Of a stretch of 64,000 nucleotides of DNA, positions 57,962 to 64,000 are shown piece by piece. The position numbers and the translations under genes were made by a program. Within the stretch, counting starts at the first letter, position 1. Every line of letters starts with the position of its first letter. Source of the DNA: an uncultured Actinomycetes bacterium (GTDB taxonomy: Bacteria; Actinomycetota; Thermoleophilia; Gaiellales; F1-60-MAGs149); NCBI GenBank assembly GCA_963779685.1, contig CAVZZG010000001.1:748102-812101 (forward strand), in the 5' to 3' direction. The notes under the pieces were generated by a model. The model was given only the letters and a program-made list of their open reading frames with translations, had not been told where the DNA came from and did not search any database.

Positions 57962-60307
57962 ATGCCGGGCCGGACCACGTTCAGACCGCTCGAGTCCGGT
58001 GGCCGCCGTGTCGTCGTCGCGATCGTCGCGACCTTTGCGCTCGTGTCGGCGGGGACGGTGGTGCTGTCCATCAACGGCACCGCCCGCGCGCGTCACCGGG
58101 CGGCCGTGATCGAGGTGGCGGCGCGGCAGCGTATGCTGGCCGACCGCTACGTGCGCGACGTGCTGCTGGTGCGCGAGGGACGACCGGCGGATCCGGCTCA
58201 GACGGCGCTGCTGCTGCTCCAGAGCGCCGACGTGCTGCTGAGCGGCGGCGCGGTGCCGCCGGCGTTGGGCGACGACGACGGCACCACGCTGTCCGCGACG
58301 ACCGACCCGGGCGCCCGTGCCCAGCTGGTGCAGGCGCGGCGACTGGCCGCCGACCTGACCGCTACCGGAGCCGCGATCCTGGCGGGCCGACCGGCCGAGT
58401 ACGTGCGGTTGACCGCGGGCGAGAAGCTCGACACGTTCGATCCGATCCAGCGCCTGACCATCCTTGCGGCGGTCACCTCGAACGTCTCCCTGAACGCCGC
58501 GCGGTCGATCGGCACCGGTGCCGACAACTCGATCGAGAGCCTCATCAACCTCCAGGTCGCGCTCGGGATCGCGGGCCTCGTGATCTCGCTGCTCCTGGCC
58601 TGGGCGCTGATCGCCGTCACCCGCCGCCAGACGGCGCACTTCCGCAGTCTCGTCACGTCGTCGACCGACCTCGTGCTCGTCTTCGTCGGCGGCGGCTGCG
58701 GCTACGCCAGCGAGTCGGTGGCGTCCATGCTCGGGCGTGCCGACGCCGAGCTACTCGGCGACGGCTTCGCCGAGCGCGTCCATCCCGAGGACCGCTCGGT
58801 CTTCGAGGCAGCGATTGCCACCGCCCCGACCGGAGGCGTGGAGTTCCGCGTGCGCAACCGCTTCGACGAGTGGCGGAACCTCGAGGCGCTCGTCACCGAC
58901 CTGCGCGCCGATCGCCTCGTGCGCGGCGTCGTGCTCAACGCGCGCGACATGTCCGAGCACGTGCGGCTCGAGGAGGAGCTCACCCGCCGTGCCTTTCACG
59001 ACGACCTCACCGAGTTGCCGAACCGGGCGCTGTTCCGCGACCGGCTCGATCATGCACTCGCCCGCTCGGTCGACAACGGCGACGCGCTCGCGGTACTGCT
59101 GGTCGACCTCGACGGCTTCAAGAAGGTCAACGACACGCTCGGCCACGACGCCGGCGACCGCCTGCTGCGCGAGGTCGGGCACCGATTCGAGCGAACGATG
59201 AAACGAGCGACCGACACCGTCGCGCGCCTCGGCGGCGACGAGTTCGCCGTGCTGCTCGAGCACTCCGCGGAGAGCCGGGCACACGAGGTCGCAAGCGCGC
59301 TCCTCACCCAGCTGGCTGTCCCGTCGGGCGTTGCGGGATGGGATGTCGCAGTGAGCGCGAGCATCGGCATCGCCATCCACACCGGCGGGGCGGGCGACAG
59401 CGAGGAGATGATCCGGCGGGCCGACATCGCGATGTACGCCGCCAAGGATGCAGGTCGCGGACGCTACGAGGTGTTCAACGAGGACATGACGCGCCAGCTG
59501 GGCGAGATGGTCGGTCTCGAGCACGAGCTGCGGCTTGCGATCGACCGCGGCGAGCTGAGCGTGCACTACCAGCCGGAGTTCGTGGTGACGACGGGCGCGA
59601 TCGCCGGTGTCGAGGCGCTCATCCGGTGGTCGTCGCCGAAGCTCGGCTGGATCCCGCCGTCGACGTTCATACCGCTGGCCGAGCAGACCGGGCAGATCCT
59701 CCCGATCGGCGAGCAGGTGCTGGTCGAGGCCTGCAGGCAGACGGCAGCCTGGGATGCGCAGGGCATCCTGCCGGACGGCTTCCGGACGTGGGTCAACGTC
59801 TCGGGCAAGCAACTCGTGGCCGGCGGTCTCGGTGACCTGTTCGAGCGGGCGCTCGCACGGGCCGGCCTGCCTGCGGAGCGGATCGGCATCGAGGTGACCG
59901 AAACGGCCGTGATCCAGGATGGCGCGGCCGGTGAGCGAGCCTTCGCCGAGCTCCAGGCCCTGCACGACCGGGGCATCCGGATCGCCCTCGACGACTTCGG
60001 CACCGGGTTCTCCTCGCTGGGTCAGCTGCGCCGCTTCCCGATCGATGTCGTGAAGGTCGACCGGTCGTTCATCCAGGGTCTCGAGCACAACGCGAAGGAC
60101 GCCGCCATCACGGCCAACGTCGTCAGCCTCGCCCACGCGCTCGGGCTGATGGCGATCGCGGAGGGCGTCGAGTCCACGGGCCAGCTGGCGGCGCTCGAGA
60201 TGCTCGGATGCGACTTCGTCCAGGGATTCCTGTTCGCCCGGCCCGACACGGCCGATTCGATCTCCCGATTCCTCGCCACCTACCAGCCCGAGGCGGAAGC
60301 AGCCTGA
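57962..60307 (+). CDS. Membrane sensor: PilJ/NarX-type periplasmic domain - TM - PAS - GGDEF - EAL
   Basis: The ATG lies 1 nt after the cupredoxin stop. AARQRMLADRY matches the AGRQRMLSQR box of PilJ-N/nitrate-sensor domains. Other motifs are RLGGDEF, EALIRW, EVTE and DDFGTG. Confidence 0.9.
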   Translation: MPGRTTFRPLESGGRRVVVAIVATFALVSAGTVVLSINGTARARHRAAVIEVAARQRMLADRYVRDVLLVREGRPADPAQTALLLLQSADVLLSGGAVPPALGDDDGTTLSATTDPGARAQLVQARRLAADLTATGAAILAGRPAEYVRLTAGEKLDTFDPIQRLTILAAVTSNVSLNAARSIGTGADNSIESLINLQVALGIAGLVISLLLAWALIAVTRRQTAHFRSLVTSSTDLVLVFVGGGCGYASESVASMLGRADAELLGDGFAERVHPEDRSVFEAAIATAPTGGVEFRVRNRFDEWRNLEALVTDLRADRLVRGVVLNARDMSEHVRLEEELTRRAFHDDLTELPNRALFRDRLDHALARSVDNGDALAVLLVDLDGFKKVNDTLGHDAGDRLLREVGHRFERTMKRATDTVARLGGDEFAVLLEHSAESRAHEVASALLTQLAVPSGVAGWDVAVSASIGIAIHTGGAGDSEEMIRRADIAMYAAKDAGRGRYEVFNEDMTRQLGEMVGLEHELRLAIDRGELSVHYQPEFVVTTGAIAGVEALIRWSSPKLGWIPPSTFIPLAEQTGQILPIGEQVLVEACRQTAAWDAQGILPDGFRTWVNVSGKQLVAGGLGDLFERALARAGLPAERIGIEVTETAVIQDGAAGERAFAELQALHDRGIRIALDDFGTGFSSLGQLRRFPIDVVKVDRSFIQGLEHNAKDAAITANVVSLAHALGLMAIAEGVESTGQLAALEMLGCDFVQGFLFARPDTADSISRFLATYQPEAEAA

Positions 60308-60406
60308 CCGCGTCGGTAGCCGGGCCGCGAGTCCGGGCGCCGACAGGAGGGTCGATCCACGTTTCCGCTCGGCCGCGCTGCCGACCCGGCCTACAATTGC
60401 GGCCAG

Positions 60407-60853
60407 ATGGGGGTCGACGTGCAGACCGAGATCGAGATCGCCCGGCCGCGCGACGAGGTCGCCGCCTACGCTTGCGATCCGAACCGCGCGACGAGCTGGT
60501 ACGAGAACATCAAGGCGGTCGACTGGGTCACGCCGCCGCCGCTGGCTGTCGGTTCGCGGGTCGCGTTCGTCGCCCTGTTCCTCGGCCGTCGGCTCGCCTA
60601 CACGTACGAGATAGCCGAGCTCGACCATGCGACGCGGCTCGTGATGCGCACGGCCGACGGCCCGTTCCCGATGGAGACGACCTATGCCTGGGCGTCGACG
60701 GCGAGCGGGACGACGACCATGACGCTGCGTAACCGCGGTGAGCCGCGCGGCTTCTCGAAGCTCGTCGCACCCTTCCTGGCACGTGCCATGCGTCACGCCA
60801 ACCGTAAGGATCTGGCACGGCTCAAGACTATCCTCGAAGCGGGGGCGGGCTAG
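60407..60853 (+). CDS. SRPBCC (START/polyketide cyclase-like) family protein
   Basis: 148 aa. IARPRDEVAAYACDPNRATSWYENIKAV is followed by the beta-sheet-rich pattern typical of the family. Confidence 0.75.
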   Translation: MGVDVQTEIEIARPRDEVAAYACDPNRATSWYENIKAVDWVTPPPLAVGSRVAFVALFLGRRLAYTYEIAELDHATRLVMRTADGPFPMETTYAWASTASGTTTMTLRNRGEPRGFSKLVAPFLARAMRHANRKDLARLKTILEAGAG

Positions 60854-60867
60854 CTGCGATCGGCTGG

Positions 60868-61629
60868 TCAGCGGCTCGCGAGGCCGGTGGCGATCGACAG
60901 CACGCCGGCGGCGAATGCGCTGGCCAGGACGAGCGGTTCGTAGTAGCGCGGCGGGAGGCGCAGGAACAGCTGCCGGCCGACGGCGTGGCCGAGGATCGCC
61001 ACCGGTACCAGGACCGGGATCCAGCCGGCCTTGCCCAGGCTCGCGCTGCCCGCGATCACGTACAGGACGGCGAGTCCGACGATGTCGAGCGTGAAGAAGA
61101 TCACCGTGACGGCGTCGCGGATGGCCGCCGGGGCCATGCGCCGGGCGGTGAGCCAGATCGCCAGCGGCGGGCCGCTGGTGGTGGTGGAGGTGGTGAGGAT
61201 GCCGACCGCGAAACCCGCTGCGACCGCTGCGCCCCGGCCGGTGCCCGAGTGCCTCGGCCGGCCGTTGCGTCGCACCAGGCGCGCGAGCACGATGCCGCAG
61301 ACGGCGATGCCGACCGCGATCTTCATGGCCGTCTCGGACACGACCGTGATGATCAGCACGCCGATCGGGAGGCCCGGGATCGCCGCGGCCAGGGCGGGCC
61401 GCACTGCCGTCCAGTCGACCTCGAGCCGGCGGCGCTCGCCGAACATCACCAGCAGGTTGACGACCTGGCCGAGGATCAGCACCAGTGCGACGGCGGCGGA
61501 GGGTGGGGCGACCGCGTACAGCACCGGCCCGGCGATCAATGCGAACCCGAATCCGGTGGCGGCCTGCACGATGGCCGCGACGAGCAGCCCGCAGGCCGCG
61601 ATCACGAGCGCGATGGTCATGGATGACAC
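60868..61629 (-). CDS. TauE/SafE-family sulfite/anion exporter
   Basis: 253 aa with 7-8 TM segments. Contains AATGFGFALIAGPVL and a second repeat GILTTSTTTSGPPLAIW. GGAGAAG RBS before GTG 61629. Confidence 0.85.
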   Translation of the reverse strand: MSSMTIALVIAACGLLVAAIVQAATGFGFALIAGPVLYAVAPPSAAVALVLILGQVVNLLVMFGERRRLEVDWTAVRPALAAAIPGLPIGVLIITVVSETAMKIAVGIAVCGIVLARLVRRNGRPRHSGTGRGAAVAAGFAVGILTTSTTTSGPPLAIWLTARRMAPAAIRDAVTVIFFTLDIVGLAVLYVIAGSASLGKAGWIPVLVPVAILGHAVGRQLFLRLPPRYYEPLVLASAFAAGVLSIATGLASR

Positions 61630-61745
61630 TGCGGCTTCTCCGCGGACGGGTTGCGGGTTCGCATGACGAGGGCGCAGGGTGGGCGCTCGCGTGGAGTATG
61701 GCGCTCGTGCCCCGCCAACCCGGTGCGCCGGTACGCTGCCGGCGG

Positions 61746-62790
61746 ATGGAGCATCGGCAACTAGGGCGTTCGGGGCTTCGCGTCTCGGCGTTGACGTTCG
61801 GGACGATGACGTTCCGCGACCCGGGCGACCTGCCGAAGGTCGGCTCGACCGACATCGCCGGTGCCCGCCGCCAGCTCGACCGGTGCCTGGATGCCGGCGT
61901 GACGCTGATCGACACGGCGGACATCTACGCGTCGGGCCGGTCGGAGGAGATCCTCGGCGAGGCCATGCAGGGTCGTCGCGACCGGCTGCTGATCGCGACC
62001 AAGGCGCGGTTCGCGACGGGTGACGGCCCCAACGACGCCGGGCTCTCGCGCCAGCACCTGATCGCGGCCTGCGAGGCGAGCCTGCGGCGGCTGGGCGTCG
62101 ACCACATCGACCTCTACCAGACGCACGAGTGGGACGGCCAGACCCCGGTCGAGGAGACGGCGGAGGCGCTCGACACGCTCGTGCGCAGCGGCAAGGTGCG
62201 CTACGTCGGCTGCTCGAACTTCACCGGCTGGCAGCTGACGAAGGCGGTCGCGGCGGCCCAGCGGACCGGGCGCGAGCCCTACGTCTGCGAACCAGATCCA
62301 CTACTCGCTCCAGGCCCGCGAGGCCGAGTACGAGATCATCCCGGCCTGCATCGACCAGGGGCTCGGCGTGCTGGTCTGGAGCCCGCTGGCGGGCGGACTC
62401 CTGTCCGGCAAGTACCGTCGCGGCGCCGAGCCGCCGGCCGGATCGCGGCATGCGGGCGACTGGAACGAGCCGCCGGTGCGCGACGTCGAACTGCTGTACG
62501 ACCTGATCGACGCGCTGGTCGAGATCGGCGCGGGCCGGGGCGTGTCGGCTGCGCAGGTGGCGCTCGCCTGGCTGCTCGGCCGGCCGGGCGTCACGTCGCT
62601 CGTGATCGGCGCGCGCACCGACGATCAGCTCGCCGACAGCCTTGCCGCGGCCGAACTCCGACTCGAGCCCGGCGAACGGGCCCGGCTCGACGAGCTCAGC
62701 GCCCCACCGCTGATCTACCCGCACTGGCACCAGCGCGACAGCGCCTCGGATCGCTTCAGCGTGGCCGACCGCGCGCTGCACGGCCCGTGA
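61746..62790 (+). pseudogene. Aldo/keto reductase, single frame break at 62289
   Basis: Opens MEHRQLGRSGLRVSALTFGTMTF. Also contains DTADIY, IATKA, LGVDHIDLYQTHEWD and VRYVGCSNF. At tgc-G-aac the frame moves +1 and continues NQIHYSLQAREAEYEIIPACIDQGLGVLVWSPLAGG... to the stop at 62790. Confidence 0.75.
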
Positions 62791-62796
62791 GTACCC

Positions 62797-62873
62797 GGTG
62801 GAGGCCGTAGAGGCCAGCGGTGCCGAGCATTGGCGGGCTGGGGCTGGCGCCGCCAGCCTCTACGGTCTCCACC
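62797..62873. other. Long imperfect hairpin (18-bp outer stem, 17 of 18 paired) between convergent genes. It may be a terminator or another structured element.
   Basis: GGTGGAGGCCGTAGAGGC (62797-62814) pairs with GCCTCTACGGTCTCCACC (62856-62873). An inner TGGCGG/CCGCCA stem spans 62831-62855. The element starts 7 nt after the AKR stop. Confidence 0.3.
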
Positions 62874-63054
62874 ACGTCGCTGTGGGTTGCCCATGCCCGA
62901 CGGGGAAGCGTCCGAGCCGATCGATGATGGTGGGGCGGGCCATCGCCCCCAGCATCGCACCCGAGCGGCGATCCGGCATCGGCGTCGCATGCGCACCTGG
63001 GGTGGGAAACCCGCAGCCTTGCCCGGCGTCCTTCGCCCGGGCCGCTTCCGACGA

Positions 63055-63993
63055 CTAGAGCCAGCGCTTGCGCCGGAACCAGATCAGCTGCAGGGCCGTG
63101 ACGACCACGATCATCCCGAGGACCCACTCGTAGCCGAAACGCCACCGGTACTCGGGCATGCCGCGCACGTTCATGCCGTAGAAGCCGACGACGAGCGACG
63201 GGAACAGCAGCAGGGCCGCGATCACCGTGAGGCGCTTCATGACCTCGTTCTGGTCGTTCGCCACCTTGGCCTGGTGGTAGTCGCGCACGCTGGCGATGAG
63301 GTCGCGGGAGAGGTCGAGCGCCTCGCTCGCCCGCAGCAGCTTGTCGTAGGCATCGCTGAAGTGCAGCTCGATATCGCGATCGAAGAGCTCGCGCCCGGCT
63401 GCCTCGTCGACCTCGACCCGGCCGTCGAACACGCGCCGGAGCGCATCGCGTGTGGGGCTGAGGATGCGCCGGATGTGGAGCACGTCGTGCCGCAGCGTGG
63501 ACAGGCGCTCGCGGACGGTCGCAGCCTCCCACTCTTCGACGTGGTCCTCGAGTTCGTCGATGTCCTCGTTGAGGCGGTCGGTGAGGTCGAGAAAGCCCTC
63601 GGCGACCTCGTCGATGACCTGGTAGGCGATCATGCCGGCGGAGCGCAGCCGACCGGCCGAGTAAAGCGTCAGCGCGGGGCTGCAGTCGAAGGCCCCATGC
63701 CCCTCGCAGCTCTTCCGGACGGTCAGGACCAGGTCGGGGGCGACCACCAGGTCGACCTCCTGATAGCGCACGGCTCCGGTGGTCTGGTCGAGCTTCGGCA
63801 CCAGGAACACGCCGAAGACGTAGTCGCCGTGGCCCTCGATCGTCGGGCGCGGGTCGTCGCGGTGCCGGTGGGGGGCGCGCAACTGGTCGAGCGCCTTCGG
63901 ATGCAGCGACTGGGTGATCGCGCTGGCGAGCGCGTCCTCTTCCGGATCGACGAGATCGATCCAGACGACCGCCGCCGGGTCGGGACCGTCCAC
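63055..63993 (-). CDS. corA: CorA-family magnesium/cobalt transporter
   Basis: 312 aa from GTG 63993. Contains the GMN signature (FYGMNVRGMPE), two C-terminal TM helices and the C-terminal KRWL. The frame is still open at the right edge, so the true start could lie just outside the window. Confidence 0.85.
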   Translation of the reverse strand: MDGPDPAAVVWIDLVDPEEDALASAITQSLHPKALDQLRAPHRHRDDPRPTIEGHGDYVFGVFLVPKLDQTTGAVRYQEVDLVVAPDLVLTVRKSCEGHGAFDCSPALTLYSAGRLRSAGMIAYQVIDEVAEGFLDLTDRLNEDIDELEDHVEEWEAATVRERLSTLRHDVLHIRRILSPTRDALRRVFDGRVEVDEAAGRELFDRDIELHFSDAYDKLLRASEALDLSRDLIASVRDYHQAKVANDQNEVMKRLTVIAALLLFPSLVVGFYGMNVRGMPEYRWRFGYEWVLGMIVVVTALQLIWFRRKRWL

Positions 63994-64000
63994 GTCCCGG

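Noticed and set aside
62798-63058. 86-aa ORF (+) and 93-aa ORF (-) in the AKR/CorA intergenic region
   Set aside because: Neither has an RBS or a recognisable motif, and their composition is typical of non-coding high-GC frames. The region is better explained by the hairpin.

Overview
High-GC bacterial chromosomal segment. Gene content, GTG/TTG starts and codon bias suggest Actinomycetota, but that is inference. I can support about 50 protein-coding genes. They are mostly transport and metabolism genes: GH130/GT4 glycan genes, SDR, two APC permeases, two SulP/STAS transporters, PPK2, a P-type ATPase, a K+ channel, CorA, TauE, agmatine deiminase, threonine dehydratase, an acetoin-type E1a/E1b/AcoC operon, NDH-2, an F420-type LLM oxidoreductase, an ADP-forming CoA ligase and a crotonase. 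There is also a GT28-deacetylase-phosphodiester glycosidase envelope operon, a large LuxR/LAL regulator, a Fic protein, a nuclease-exonuclease-helicase fusion and a cupredoxin plus GGDEF-EAL pair. I found no rRNA, tRNA, CRISPR array, transposase or integrase. The most striking property is that 11 genes are frame-broken, with about 40 breaks in total, while long neighbouring genes are intact. Nearly every break behaves as one extra nucleotide. The worst-hit region (35.6-39.5 kb) appears to encode one roughly 1,290-codon protein. It starts with Kelch/galactose-oxidase-like blades, and its C-terminal ~750 codons match no family I can name. That locus is my best candidate for something undescribed, but it may be dead or mis-assembled. 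Other points worth a second look are the only AT-rich, palindrome-bearing promoter (in front of the Fic gene), a CsoR-type operator-like palindrome in front of a DUF4396 gene, a truncated decarboxylase remnant, and the translationally coupled cupredoxin/PilJ-like c-di-GMP protein pair. All family calls come from reading motifs by eye. No database search was run.
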